A stretch of 64,000 bases of DNA from Octopus vulgaris (taxonomy: Eukaryota): contig OX597823.1 in NCBI GenBank assembly GCA_951406725.2, positions 18,042,001 to 18,106,000 on the forward strand. Reading direction: 5' to 3'. The notes beneath the pieces are model-generated. The model did not search any database. It was not told where the DNA came from and saw only the letters and a list, made by a program, of their open reading frames with translations. The number at the start of each line of letters is the position of its first letter. Position 1 is the first letter of the stretch. Below are positions 27,535-41,379 of this stretch, one piece after another. Both the position numbers and the translations under genes were made by a program.

Positions 27535-27539
<5 letters not shown>
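27250..27539 (-). mobile_element. tRNA-derived SINE group C variant with a distinct tail
   Basis: Minus-strand head GTGAAGGCGCATG..GGTTTCGATTCCC, TCTTGAGCAAAACACTT, different 3' part. Confidence 0.7.
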
Positions 27540-27575
<36 letters not shown>

Positions 27576-27601
27576 TAGCCACTAAACCTTTTTTTATTTT
27601 C

Positions 27602-27639
27602 TCTCTCTGTTGAAGAGCGTAAGCTCGAAATGTAAAAGA
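27602..27639 (+). ncRNA. Minimal hammerhead-like motif (A6U family) in a module between (TA)n tracts (~27575-27735)
   Basis: TCTCT-CTGTTGA-A-GAGC-GTAA-GCTC-GAA-ATGT-A-AAAGA. Confidence 0.5.
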
Positions 27640-28630
27640 CTTTCTTACTTCCCGAGCGTTAAACTAATACATCTTTTTGTTGTTTGCACACCCATCTTCG
27701 TTTTTTGTTTGTTTATTTTTTTCGTAAATTCTCACTATATATATATATATATATAAAATTACTAATATTTTAACAATTTCGTCAAGTTCAGTATTCTGAA
27801 CACATCTTCGAATATGTTTCGGTATTATTATGTTATGGATTAACTTGAGCATACTTCTGATATTCCCCTTCTTGAATCTTGCTGAATTTGATCCCATATC
27901 GAACAAGCAGTATGCAAACATTCCATTGTTCTTCTGTGCGCACTTGGAACATTTTCCATTTTCAAAAGTGTGCACGCAAAAGTGAACCGGTTTCTACCGC
28001 TTTTCGACCTCTGTGTCGGAACATTGGCGTGCGCACGTGAATGTATGTATAAACATGCATAATGAATACATATGTGTAGTGTGTGCGCGATTCGAATATA
28101 AAAGCACCTACCTTCTCTTCGCTCCGATGGAGACCCTTCAGTGGTAACGGATCCTTCGACACAGCCCCGACCCGAACGCTAAAGATAGCAGCTGCTTCAC
28201 CCAGCCTTAGCAACGTCTTCCCCGTCTTGACACGTCGACAACCCTGGTTCGAAAGGCTGAAATCGCCGCTCCCTACGCGCGGCTCACGGCTTCCCCTTCC
28301 GGTTGCCCCAACTTCCGGTCAGCGCACCCAGCTGCTGACGTCATCCCACAATATGTACATACATATATACAAACATGCATACATGTATTTCAGCTCACTT
28401 TTAGTGCTGCTGGTAATATGAAACCCAGCACAACGTGTCGTATTTTGGGGTCGTCAGCGACTAAACCGGCAACAATACCAAGCTTGCTTTGTAAGGAGGT
28501 GGCTTTCGTCGGACATCTTGTAGGATAAAAAAAAAACTTGTAAAAAGACGGATGAACTTAGTAGAGTCAACGGTCATCCAACAGCTGGGAGTGAGAGACT
28601 CTGATACTTTGTTTAGACATCTCTATTGGC

Positions 28631-29031
28631 CAGTGGTTCTGAACCGGTATCCATTTGATCCCTTAGATTTCATATAAAATCTGAGGAGGGATCCACGCAA
28701 GCAAAATAGTAAATTAAGAACCCACAGTAAGTTGTGAAGGGTTCATGAAAAGATTTTGCCTCAGATGTATATATTGCAAGATACATCAAGATTTCTTTCT
28801 CTAACGTTTTACTTTGTTCAGACTACACAAGTGTGAAAAGTAAAATAAGAATTTTACAAGTATTTATAGGCGTAGGAGTGGCTGTGTGGTAAGTAGCTTG
28901 TATACGAACCAACCACATGGTTCTGGATTCAGTCCCACTGCGTGCCACTTTGGGCAAGTGTCTTCTACTTTAGCCTCGGGCCGACCAAAGCCTTGTGAGT
29001 GGATTTGGTAGACGGAAACTGGAAGACCGTC

Positions 29032-29089
<58 letters not shown>

Positions 29090-29388
29090 GTGTGTGTGTG
29101 TGTGTTTGTCCCCCAACATCACTTGACAACCGATGATGGTGTTTTTACGTCCCCGTAACTTAGAAGTTCGGCAAAAGAGACCGATAGAATAAGTACTAGG
29201 CTTACAAAGAATAAGTCCTGGGGTCGATTTTCTCGACGATGGGTGGGGCTCCATCATGGACACAGTCAAATGACTGCAACAAGTAAAAGTGTAGTATCTA
29301 TAAAACATGGTTTTTAACCATGGGGTCCACCAGAGTAGAATAGTTATCAGAGGGTTCCATAGATTAAAAAAATGTTTGAGACCCACTG
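28631..29388. mobile_element. hAT/Charlie-like MITE containing a nested SINE
   Basis: Imperfect TIRs CAGTGGTTCTGAAC / GTTTGAGACCCACTG; no clean 8-bp TSD. Confidence 0.55.
28869..29289 (+). mobile_element. SINE group B
   Basis: Full head-to-tail match; near-TSD AGTATTTATA/AGTATCTATA. Confidence 0.85.
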
Positions 29389-29914
29389 CGCTAGGTTAAG
29401 GAATGCTGTAGTGTAGCCTTCGTTTCAATCCAACGACGTAAACTAGTTCTTTTTGGGGGGCAAAAGAATTCGTTACTCAGAGAGTGGCATTGATCCAGTA
29501 CGAAACCTTTCTTCACTTTAAAAAGCTTCAGGCACAGACAGCGCTTGAATTTTTTAACATTTTTCTTGTGCGTTACATTTTATGGCTGGACAAAACCAAA
29601 AAACGCCAATCAACAATGAAATTTTCTTTGATGGAATGAAGACTTATGACAGCGTGGGTGGTGACTTTCTGAACACCTGCTGCAAGAAGCACCCACCGTT
29701 TCCACATCTGTGGGAAAGAGTGTAAATCCTTAGCAGAACTGAAAAGCCACACCCATGCTGCTTTAAGTGAGCATTGAAGCTATAGTTTTCTCGACATTGA
29801 GTTGCAGTCATCATGTATGTATATATGTGTGTATGTATGTATGTATGTATGTATGTATGTATGTATGTATGTATGTATGTATGTATGTATGTATGCATGC
29901 ATCTATGTATGTAT

Positions 29915-30334
29915 ACTCTTTTAGTCTTTTACTTGTTTCAGTCATTTGACTGTGGCCATGCTGGAGCACCGCCTTTAGTCGAGCAAATCGACCCCAGGAC
30001 TTATTCTTTGTAAGCCTAGTACTTATTCTATCGGTATCTTTTGCCGCCGAACCGCTACGTTACGGGGACGTAAACACATCGGTTGTCAAGCGATGTTGCG
30101 GTGGGGGGGGGGGCAAACACAGACACGCAAACTTACACACACACACACATACCTATGTATATACATATATATTCGACGGGCTTCTTTCAGTTTCCGTCTA
30201 CCAAATCCACTCAAGGCTTTGGTCGGCCCTAGGCTATAGTAGAAAACACTTGCCCATGGTGACACGCAGTGGGACTGAACCCGGAACCATGTTGTTGGTA
30301 AGGAAGCTACTCACCACAGAGCCACTCCTACGCC
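29915..30334 (-). mobile_element. SINE group B inserted in (TATG)n
   Basis: Family match. Confidence 0.85.
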
Positions 30335-30416
30335 TACATGTATGTATGTATGTATGTATGTATGTATGTATGTATGTATGTATGTATGTATGTATGTATG
30401 TATGTATGTATGTATG

Positions 30417-30447
<31 letters not shown>

Positions 30448-31369
30448 GTACGTGCTCATGGAGTTATTTTTGATTTTCTGCTGAACAGATTCCATCACAC
30501 CTCACCTCTTCTCTTCTGGATGGCAAGAAATATATAACCCTTCGCCGTAACTTGATCCGTCCTTCTTCATGAAGCTTTACCCGGGGACAACATATCAATT
30601 TTGTATTGTTCCATCGTGCCCTCCATCTACTCCAGTCTTCCACACGATCACAATGTTCGAACATTCCATCACGTATTTTAAAATTTCTATTTATAAAGTC
30701 AGATATTTTAAACATTCTGTTTGCTCGCGATTGGAGCCATTAATTTTTTTTGTAGTCTTCATTATTGTTAACATACGTATTATTTTTTTGTCATGCATCT
30801 ATAAATAATCCAACCACAGAAGACATTGTCGGAAGAGGGATTTGACAGGATATCAGCAAGGGACATGAAAATGATGACTTGTGATTTAAATCCGAAAGCT
30901 GGCAATAGCAACAAAAATATGGATCAGACGATCTATATGAATAGGCCTGGATATACGAATGAGAATGCTGTAAGACCTATCAGCTTCCTTTAGCCAACAA
31001 TTTTATCATAGGGGACATTTTCTTTAAACACTAGGATATAGTATAAATAATGACTCTTGCTATTCACTGAAGAACTAGCAAAAGCCATTGAACAATTGAA
31101 AGAAAATCAGAAAGGCTCCGAGGTTAGATGGAATTGCAGAGGGAATTCTTAAAAGAGATAAGCACATAATTGCAATAATATTACTAAAGCTGTTTCGTAA
31201 TATATGGAAGACTGAAAAGATATCTAAAGAGTGGAAGCTCAGTGTAGCGAATGGGATATCAAAATTGCATGATCTCAGTGAGTGGCAATTGGAGGAGTAA
31301 GACTGATCAGCAAGTTCCTTTTTAAAGGATTCAGTTAGGTTTGGAAACATACCAAAATATGAACAGATA

Positions 31370-31785
31370 GGCGTCGAGCTGGTAGAAATGTTAGCGCGCC
31401 GGCCGAAATGCTTAGCGGTATTTCATCTGCCGCTACGTTCTGAATTCAAATTCCGCCGAGGTCGACTTTGCCTTTCATCCTTTCGGGGTCGATTAAATAA
31501 GTACCAGTTACGCACTGGGATCGATGTAATCGACTTAATCCGTTTGTCTGTCCATGTTTGTCCTCTCTGTGTTTAGCCCCTTATGGGTAGTAAAGAAATA
31601 GATATTTCGTCTGTCATTACGTCCTGAGTTCAAATTCCGCCGAGGTCTATTTTGTCTTTCATCCTTTTGGGTTGATAAATTAAGTACCAGTTACGCACTG
31701 GGTTCGATGTAATCGACTGAATCCCTTTGTCTGTCCTTGTTTGTCCCCTCTATGTTTAGCCCCTTGTGGGCAATAAAGAAATAAG
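31370..31785 (+). mobile_element. SINE group A dimer with TSD
   Basis: TSD ATATGAACAGATA at 31357-31369 and 31786-31798. Confidence 0.9.
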
Positions 31786-32295
31786 ATATGAACAGATAGG
31801 CTTACAGTGATCATTAGGTTGTAGTGACAAGACATTTTGCCCTCGCTTTCTATACAACAATATATCAAATTCAGACAGCCCTTGATAATGACTTTGATAG
31901 ACTCTGAAACTCTGAAAGGTTTTGCTATTATATGTACATAGGGTTGTCATTTAGAAGGTACTACATTATGATTTGCCAGAAAAGAAGGGCAACCAATTAC
32001 AGGAAACGTATCGAAGTAAATGTTAGGTAAACATAGACAGTCAATGAATTTGAGTATAAGGATGAGGCACTGCAAAGAGATATTCTATCGCCTTCCTTGT
32101 TCGCTATTTTTATAAACAACATATGAAAGAAACAATCGGATAAGCAAGAGAAGGAAATGAATAAATTTGTGGAAGGTATATGGCATATTTAAATTATGGT
32201 GATGAAATTGTTTTGCTTAGAAATATAACACATGGAATTCAATGACTGATGTAGACACTTGATAAAATAGGTAAAAGTATGGGCCAAAATATATA

Positions 32296-32797
32296 CCGTA
32301 AATCCTCGAGTATAATCCGCATCCCCCACAAAAAAAAAATGTTAAGGTCAAAATCATTAGTGCGTACTAGGTTAAAAATGAAAAATATTTTCTAAGCAAT
32401 GTCCGAGTCTCTATTTGCAGTTCGGCAATATTTATTCAGACGCATTTTGTGATGTCGGGCTAAGCCTGAAAGCAATGAAGTCATAAAAGAATCATCTATA
32501 ACTTGCAGTAAGCAACATTTATTAAAATAAAAGTATTCAGAACACAGAATAACATATAACAAAAACAATTTGCAAACATATTTACATTCCCATATAACAG
32601 TTAAGAACATCATAATTATTGTATTACGCTTGCGCGGAAGTGTTTGTTCGACTAGGTGCTGCTGGCTTAATTGCGCACGACTCAAATTAGAGAAGGAGTG
32701 CATATTATACACAAGGTTTAGGTTTTTCAGAGGTACAGCCCCCTAAAACCCCCCTGCGTATTATACTCAAGGGCGGACTATACTCGAAGATTTACAG
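32296..32797. mobile_element. pogo/Tc2-like MITE
   Basis: TA TSDs; TIRs CCGTAAATCCTCGAGTATA / TATACTCGAAGATTTACAG. Confidence 0.8.
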
Positions 32798-32887
32798 TAT
32801 TTAAAAAAAAACCTGATGTGACGAAAACAGAGCAAGCAGTCAGAAGAAAAGTACATACTAGAGGAGTTAAAATATTTTGGAACATAT

Positions 32888-33275
32888 TTTTGGAAACACT
32901 CCGTCGGTTACGACGACGAGGGTTCCGGTTGATCCGAATCAACGGAATAGCCTGCTCGTGAAATCAACGTGTAAGTGGCTGAGCACTCCACAGACACGTG
33001 TACCCTTAACGTAGTTCTCGGGGATATTCAGCGTGACACAGAATGTGACAAGGCCGGCCCTTTGAAATACAGGTACAACAGAAACAGGAAGTAAGAGTGA
33101 GAGAAAGTTGTGGTGAAAGAGTACAGCAGGGATCACCACCATCCCCTGCTGGAGCCTCGTGGAGCTTTAGGTGTTTTCGCTCAATAAACACTCACAACGC
33201 CCGGTCTGGGAATCGAAACCGCGATCCTATGACCGCGAGTCCGCTGCCCTAACCACTGGGCCATTGTGCCTCCAC
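32888..33275 (-). mobile_element. SINE group C, full length with TSD
   Basis: Near-identical to 18757 copy; TSD TTTGGAACATAT at 32876-32887 and 33276-33287. Confidence 0.9.
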
Positions 33276-33529
33276 TTTGGAACATATATAAAGTGATGGA
33301 TCTTTAGAAAGTAAATTTAATGAAAGGTTGGGGACGATAGATCAAACAATGACAATGCTTTCAGATGAGTGAAAACTTACACCGATTGGCGGTTCATATG
33401 AAAATTAAATTGTAGACATCACAAGAAAGTAATGTCTTAATTTACTGTTAATTTACTGAAGAGATTATGGCAAAGTAATTCTGAAGTTAGAGCATTATGA
33501 AAGGGATCAAATGACGCTAGAGGGCAGCA

Positions 33530-33563
33530 TATACATACATACATACATACATACATACATACA

Positions 33564-33595
<32 letters not shown>

Positions 33596-33960
33596 CATAC
33601 ATACATACATACATACATACATACATACATACATACATACATACATACATACATACATACATACATACATACATACATACATACATACATACATACACAC
33701 ACATACATACATACATACATACATACATACATACATACATACATACATACATACATACATACATACATACATACATACATACATACATACATACATACAT
33801 ACATACATACATACATACATACATACATACATACATACATACATACATACATACATACATACACACATACATACATACATACATACATACATACATACAT
33901 ACATACATACATACATACATACATACATACATACATACATACATACATACATACATACAC
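33530..33960 (+). repeat. (TACA)n microsatellite
   Basis: Direct reading. Confidence 0.95.
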
Positions 33961-34615
33961 ACACTGACACGTACACACACACGCATGTAAGCACATATGC
34001 ACCACCACCACCACCACTACCACCACTATCACACACACGTGTGTATGTATGTATATATGTTTGTACCGCCGCCAACATTTGGTTCCTATGTATGTGTATA
34101 TATATATATATATATACACGCACATACACACAGACACACAGACACACGCACATACACACATGCGCGCGCACACACAAACATTAAACGTATTGCATGTATG
34201 TAGGAAGATAAAAAAAACTTATTCAGCTTCTGTTTCTCTTCTTTTTTTCCTTCACTTATCTTCACTGCTTCCACATTTACATCTTTATCGTCTGTCCTTT
34301 CATCTACTTGCACTCCTCATCCTACATTTATTCTCCTTTTCATCTTATTATAATATACCCCTCGCACAGACGTACCCCACATCTCCAATTACCCCCATAT
34401 CTCTCAATACTGCTATTTGAGAGGAGCATCACTCTATAAATGACATTACTGAATTTCTTTGTGGAGAAAGCAATGAAATGGCGGATTTAAACATAATGTT
34501 TCGAATTATATCTCTTTGCACTCAGCTGTAATTACAAAAGTCTGTCCCTATTTCAAACGAACTGTTATGTTGATCGGAAGAACGGATTTATGTTGATCAG
34601 AAGGACGGATCAGAA

Positions 34616-35030
34616 GGCGGCGACCTGGCAGAGACGTTAGCATGCTGGGCGAAATGCTTAGCGGTATTTTGTCTGCTGCTATGTTCTGAGTTCAAAATCC
34701 GCCGAGGTTGACTTTGCCTTTCATCATTTCGAGGTCGATTAAATAAGTACCAGTTACGCACTGGGGTCGATTACATCGACTTAATACCTATGTATGTCCT
34801 TGTTTGTCCCCTCTGTGTTTAGCTTCTTGTGGGCAGTAAAGAAATAGAGATTTTGTCTGCCGCTAAGTTCTGAGTTCAAATTCCACTGAGGTTGACTTTG
34901 CCGTTCATCCTTTCGGGGTCGATAAATTAAGTACCAGTTATGCACTGGGGTCAATCTAATCAACATAACCCCATTGTCTGTTCTTGTTTGTCCCCTCTAT
35001 GTTTATCCCCTTGTGGACAATAAAGAAATA
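34616..35030 (+). mobile_element. SINE group A dimer
   Basis: Head plus two body units; AGAAGGACGGAT present on both flanks. Confidence 0.85.
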
Positions 35031-35561
35031 AGAAGGACGGATTTTCTAAGTGTATAGCTGAAAAAGCTTTTACAAGAATGAGGTGCTAAGAGACTGTGTG
35101 ACCGATTAGGGTTTTGTTTATGTGTAGTGTTGACCCTTTCCAAGTGAAGGAAAGTGTTGCATCACTGATAGGAATAAGAATGCACAGAAAGTCCAAACCA
35201 TACTTTGGTCAAGTGTGTCGCACACTCCATAAAGTTAAAAAAAAAACGTGAACACAAAAACAGTTGCACATTTGTTGGAGATAGAGTTCTTACATTTTGT
35301 TTTGGAGAAAATATGGTATATAAGTGTATATATAACGAAAATGACCCCAGAAAATAAGCTAGAGAGGCCAGTGGAAAATATTTGAACAAGGACAGATAAG
35401 GCCTTACTAAATACGATGCAAGATAAATCTTTGATTTATAGAAATTATTCATGTGTGTGCGCGTTTGTGTGCGCGTGTGTGTATGTATAAACACACGTAC
35501 ATACATACACGCATACATACATACATGCATACATACATACATACATACATACATACATACA

Positions 35562-35595
<34 letters not shown>

Positions 35596-35675
35596 CATAC
35601 ATACATACATACATAAAAAGTAAAATGTAAAAGAGTCAAAAGGAAGAGTAAGTATGGTTAAGCAGCTTTTTAATC

Positions 35676-35788
35676 GCCACAAATGTTTCGATACATACAG
35701 ATCCTCGTATATACAGGAGTTAAAGTTGAGTTTAAATTAAATTATGTAACGTTTTACCTGTATGAGATCTATATGTATCCCCTCAGGC
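35676..35788 (-). ncRNA. Degenerate hammerhead motif with very long helix II, in a module between (TACA)n tracts
   Basis: Minus strand: GC-CTGAGGG-GATACATATAGATC...GATCTGTATGTATC-GAA-ACATTTGT-G-GC; A9 and position 17 non-canonical. Confidence 0.45.
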
Positions 35789-35908
35789 TTTTGGGGGAAT
35801 TCTAAGGGCGAACGAGCTCTATTTGTACTCTTATACGTTCTTAACAGAACACACCTCAACTACATACATACATACATACATACATACATACATACATACA
35901 TACATACA

Positions 35909-35940
<32 letters not shown>

Positions 35941-36129
35941 CACACACACACACACATACATATACATACTACTACAATAATCGTTGCATTTGCGCCTGCT
36001 ATTTACCATAGTCGTAGTAGAGGGACAGTGGTCAATTATTTTAGCCTGTAATGTAGTTTGACTAGCAGGCAGTGGAGTATCTGTTGGAATGTCGCTAACT
36101 GCGAAACTACGTGGTGTTCCAACATCGTT

Positions 36130-37295
36130 CACGCTTTCATTTATATTGTTTGGGAGAAGGTTAATTTCAGATGAGATCCGAGCAATTGATGTGAAAACCC
36201 GGAAGACACTAACCAGTACATATAGTTTCCACATCAACAGTGACGTAGACCGCCTCTACTTAAATCCAAATCAATGCGGCAGAGGCTAAACATCAATTCA
36301 GGCTGCCTTCGAATGTCATATCATATCCCTTCGGCAACATCTATTAATCACCAAGCGTCGAAGATTATCCCTTGATCAAGTTTGCATACATGAAGCTGAT
36401 AACAACATAAGACTTGGAAAGCAGCTCCTAGAGCAGCATTCAACGTCTGATAACTTTAAATACGTACCCAAAGAAGTCGTATAACTCTACCGCAACGTAT
36501 CATTACATGAAAGAATGAGCGTTTATCAGCAGAAGACCATGCATGGATCTGTTAGTAGAAAGTTCCGAGATAATAGTAACATTGATCATCAAAGCAGTCT
36601 ACCAGGAACCCTCCCATTTTAAGGGTATGTGTTTGCAATCCAGGAACAGGAAATATCAACCAAACACCTGACGCACAAAAGAGACAGAGATGCAGGAAAA
36701 TCAGTAAAATGTGACAAACGATGCAGGCTTTGTGGAGTTAATACCAAAAATATCACCCACATCATATCATAAGCAGTTGATTATCTACTGATGAGACATG
36801 ATGTAGCTAAGATACTATATTACGAGATCAGGCGGAAGGATAACTCCGAGGACAAAGAAATAAGAAATCACGGTATGGTGGAAGCCATATCCACTCATAA
36901 TAAAAAAGAGTACTGGTGGAATGTCCAAGTGAAAGCCTCAATAAAATGTAAACACAATAGACCTGACATAATGATTTGAGATAGAGAAGAGAAACGGTGT
37001 ACAGTTGTGGAAACCAGCTGCCCAGCGGATGTTAACATAAAGCTAAAGATAAGCGAAAAAGAAAATACTTGCACTGAACTATTGAGGAATGTACATCTAC
37101 TCTGTCAGGATTACAAGTTCAGGTTTATGCCTGTAATTATTGGGGTACTGAGATATGTAACACACTGCCTAAACACCAATCTTGAGAAATTAGGCTTCTC
37201 AAAACCAGACAGGAGAAAGCTGATTTGAAGACTACAGATCCAATCCATCACTGGATTAGTAAAAATATGTAAAACTGCAGAAGTTTATTATTTAA
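36130..37295 (+). mobile_element. R4/Dong-type non-LTR retrotransposon fragment, degenerate, different family
   Basis: FHINSDVDRLY..GRG; IQEQEI; CRLCG; RHDVAKILY; HNRPDIMI; ETSCPAD; PVIIG. Confidence 0.8.
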
Positions 37296-37313
37296 GTATA
37301 TATGAAAATGTCT

Positions 37314-37720
37314 AGGAGTGGCTGTGTGGTAAGTAGCTTGCTAACCAACCACATGGTTCCGGGTTCAGTCCCACTGCGTGGCATCTTGGGCAAGTGTCTT
37401 CTGCTATAGCCCCGGGCCGACCAATGCCTTGTGAGTGGATATGGTAGACGGAAACTGAAAGAAGCCCGTCGTATATATATATATATATATGTGTGTGTGT
37501 ATGTGTTTGTGTATCTGTGTTTGTCCCCCTAGCAATGCTTGACAACCGATGCTGGGGTGTTTACGTCCCCGTAACTTAGCGGTTCGGCAAAAGAGACCGA
37601 TAGAGTAAGTACTGGGCTTACAAAGAATTAGTCCTGGGGTCGATTTGCTCGACTAAAGGCGGTGCTCCAGCATGGCCGCAGTCAAATGACTGAAACAAGT
37701 AAAAGAGTAAAAGAGTAAAA
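37314..37720 (+). mobile_element. SINE group B
   Basis: Family match. Confidence 0.85.
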
Positions 37721-38942
37721 TAGATATGTAGCTATATGTGTGAGAATACATACATAAATCAAAACATACGAATCTGCACATATACATACATACAAAAATA
37801 CCCTGTTGAAATTCCAATGAAGGAGAATTAGATCTAGGTTAGAAACCGGCTCTTTCTCTATTGACAAGAAATCTTCAAATAAAAATTACATACATACATA
37901 ATTACATGTATGTTTACTTAAATACATACACACAGCTGTTTTGCGAGTAATCTACCCGTTTCTATTTATTTCCATCTACTCTTCCTCATACATTTACCCC
38001 ATTACTTGCAGCATTTTCGTTTTTTTCTTTCCGTACCCTCGTCCTCTAGACTTGTACACAATTGTATGAATAGCTACCCACTCACACACTCTCGCACACA
38101 TATATATACATATACCCATATGTACGCGCGCACACATACACGAAACGTTTTTGCTGAGAGGTATATATGGCTCAGTTTCTAAGACAATGGACTTACTAAA
38201 AAAAGAAGTGGTTTCTAAATGTCATGCTTATAACAGCATCTTTTATTTATACGTGTTAAAAAAAGGGTTATTTTAAAACTATTTATGTTCAAACAGATTC
38301 ACACACTCATGAATATAATAAAAATAAAAGTCTGAAAAGTAAGTCTTTAATATTTTAACTAATAGTTTTGTATTCTTTTATTTTTTACTATTAGAGCTGG
38401 TTTCTTTGTTTATCTTAAAATCCAACATTTTAATTCTTAATACGAATGAATGGCTTTTTGATTTAGAAGTCTGTTTCGAAATTAAGTGGCTTCGCGTTCA
38501 GTTCCATCGCACATCGTCTTGGGTAAGTGCTTCTATTATATCCTGGGCTCAACAATTGCTTTCTGAGTGACTATGGTATATGGGAACTGTGCAGAAGCTC
38601 GTCGTGTATTTGTATGTGCAGGCGTGTATGGGTGTGCACATCTGTGTGTTTGCGGTTATATCTTCCTCCGTATCTTGTCTTCATTTGAACTTGCTGAACA
38701 GTTGGGGGGAAAATGAAAGAACAAAATGTTAAATCAATAAATATTCATTCAAAGTGTAAATGCGTAAGTTCGTCGAAGGCTCATATCTGTATGTTGATTT
38801 TGACTCATCACATGTATCTGTGTGTGTACTTGACATGGGCAGATTGTGGTTGTGTTGTAGGCGTGCAGATTGTAATTAAACTATTCGTTTCACGCAATTC
38901 CAGTCTGCTGTTGATTATGGTTTTAATTTACTTAATTTGTAA

Positions 38943-39527
38943 GACGGCGAGCAGTCAGAAATGTTAGCACGCTGGGCGAAATGCTTTGCGGTATTGCGTC
39001 CGCTGCTGCGTTCTGAGTTCAAATTCCGCCGAGGTCGACTTTGCCTTTCATCCTTTCGGGGTCGATAAATTAAGTACCAGTTACGCACTGGGGTCGATGT
39101 AATCGACTTAATCCGTTTGTCTGTCCTTGTTTATCCCCTCTATGTTTAGCCCCTTGTGGGTAGTAAAGAAATAGGTATTTCGTCTGCCGCTACGTTCTGA
39201 GTTCAAATTCCACCGAGGTCGACTTTGCCTTTCATCCTTTCGGGGTCGATAAATTAAGTACCAGTTACGCACTGGGGTCGATATAATCGACTTAATCCCT
39301 TTGTCTTCCCTTGTTTGTCCTCTCTGTGTTTAGCCCTTGTGGTTAGTAAAGAAATAGGTATTTCGTCTGCCGTTGCGTTCTGAGTTCAAATTCCACCGAG
39401 GTCGACTTTGCCTTTCATGCTTTCGGGGTTGATAAATTAAGTACCAGTTGCATACTAGGGTCTATCTAATCGACTGGCCCCACCCCCACAAAATTTTGAG
39501 CCTTGTGCATAGAGTAGAAAAGAATCT
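38943..39527 (+). mobile_element. SINE group A trimer
   Basis: Head plus three body units, last with alternative tail. Confidence 0.9.
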
Positions 39528-39632
39528 ATTTAATTTATTTAACCCGTTAACATCCAGTATTTTGATGTATTTTATCAAATTAGTAGCTGACCACTTTCCG
39601 TCAACAATAACAGCTAATTGTTGTATTTTATA

Positions 39633-40030
39633 CTAGCAGTATCGCCCGGCGTTGCTCGGGTTTGTAAGGGAAATAACTATATAAGCATTTTTAGAGATGT
39701 AAAGTATAATAGCCATCTCAATATGGCTAACCACAAAGGGGGAGATGTTACTGTAGCTTTTTACGTTCTGAGATTTAATAATAAATTTTTAGAGAGTTAC
39801 TTCTCTTATATATGCCAAAAATGCATTAAAAATGGGAAAAATTGATGGTAATTTATTTTTAAATCGTAGACTCATCGTAGACGCGCGCTAATACCCAGAA
39901 GGGCTCGATATGAATCACGACTATAAGATACCCGGTTTTGGTTAAACTGCACCGCAAAATGTGGGAGTAGTTAGGAATCTAAATCGTAGGAGACAGACAG
40001 CACACAACCTCTTTTCTTTATATATAAAGA
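39633..40030 (-). mobile_element. Non-autonomous Helitron
   Basis: Same family as 4239. Confidence 0.85.
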
Positions 40031-40994
40031 TATAGATAAGGTACAAAATATGTTACATAATGATCATACATACAAATATTTTCATACTTCCCTTGTAGAC
40101 GCACACACAAACACACATATTCACATACTAACGTTGAATACAATGTAGAGTACGTTCTATTGTTTTATTCGGTTTCACTATTTCCTAATATAATAATGAG
40201 CGTAGTGTTTTTATATATTTGTATATATATATATATTCCAGAATCACGGCAGACGCGGAGCAGGAGAGAAAATAGTAATTCAGTGTAGGGGACGTAGTGA
40301 GAGTAATAACCCTGACTGAGAGGGAGTGAGAGAAAGTAATAGCTATGAGAGAAGAGAAGGGGTGATAGATGAATAAGGAAGGAAGGCATGAAAAAATAAG
40401 CGTTTCAACAGGCGTCTTTCGACTAAGGACAAATTAAATTAAGCTGACGTGTGTGGAAATGATTCTTTACAGCAAAGATACATGATTTTACAGGCACAGG
40501 GAGGAATATGGGTGTTGCACGGACAACGGCCAGACCAAGAAAGAAAGATCAGGTTTGTTCGGACGCCGGTCACGTGGGAAGAGGAGAGAGAGAGGTAGAG
40601 GCAGAGGGACAGAAGAATTAAGGAGGGGGAGGAGAAAAAATGACTGGGATACAGTGAAGTGAAAAGTTGAGGGAAAATGAGCAAGAAGAGACGGCAAAGA
40701 AATGTGAGAGGAGGGAATGAAAGAACGAAGAGTGGAATGAACGAATAAGCGTGAAAGGCCTAATAGACAGAAATAGGACTTGAGTAGATAAGATTAGATA
40801 AGATTAGATAAGAGTAGATAATATCCGGAGCCTCGGAAATTGTAGATATCCAAGCGATATCTTCAATTTCCGTTTACGAAATCCGGCCCAAAGCTATAGT
40901 AGAAGGCACTCGCCCAGTTGTCTCACTGAGGGACTGAACCTGAAACTACGTGGCTGCAAAGCAAGTCTCTGAACCACACAACCATGCGTTTCAT

Positions 40995-41379
40995 TCTTTT
41001 ACGCTTTTACTTGTTTCATTCATTTGATTGCGGCCATACTGGAGCACCACCTTTAGTCGAACACAACGATCCGAGGACTTATTCCTTCTGAGCCTAGTCC
41101 TTAATCTATCGGCCTCTTTTGCCGAACCATTAAGTTACGGTGAAGTAAACACACCAGCATCGGTTATCAAGTGATGGTGGGGGACAAATACATACATATG
41201 CGCGCGCGCGTAAGTGTTCGACGGGCTTCTTTCAATCTCCGTCTACCAAATTCCCTCACAGGGCTTTGGCCGGCTCGAGGTTGTAGTAGAAGACACTTTC
41301 CCAAAGTGCCACGTAGTGGGACTGGACCCAGAACCATGTAATTTGGAAGCAAGCTTCTTACCACGCAGCTACGCCTACG
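40995..41379 (-). mobile_element. SINE group B, diverged; partial copy adjacent at ~40860-40990
   Basis: Family match. Confidence 0.75.

Larger units (their letters stand above)
31080..33500 (+). mobile_element. Decayed RTE-like LINE reverse transcriptase hosting three nested insertions
   Basis: RKAPRLDGIAEGILK..LLKLFRNIWKTEKISKEWK; LQRDILSPSLFAIFIN; YGDEIVLL (YADD-like). Confidence 0.7.
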
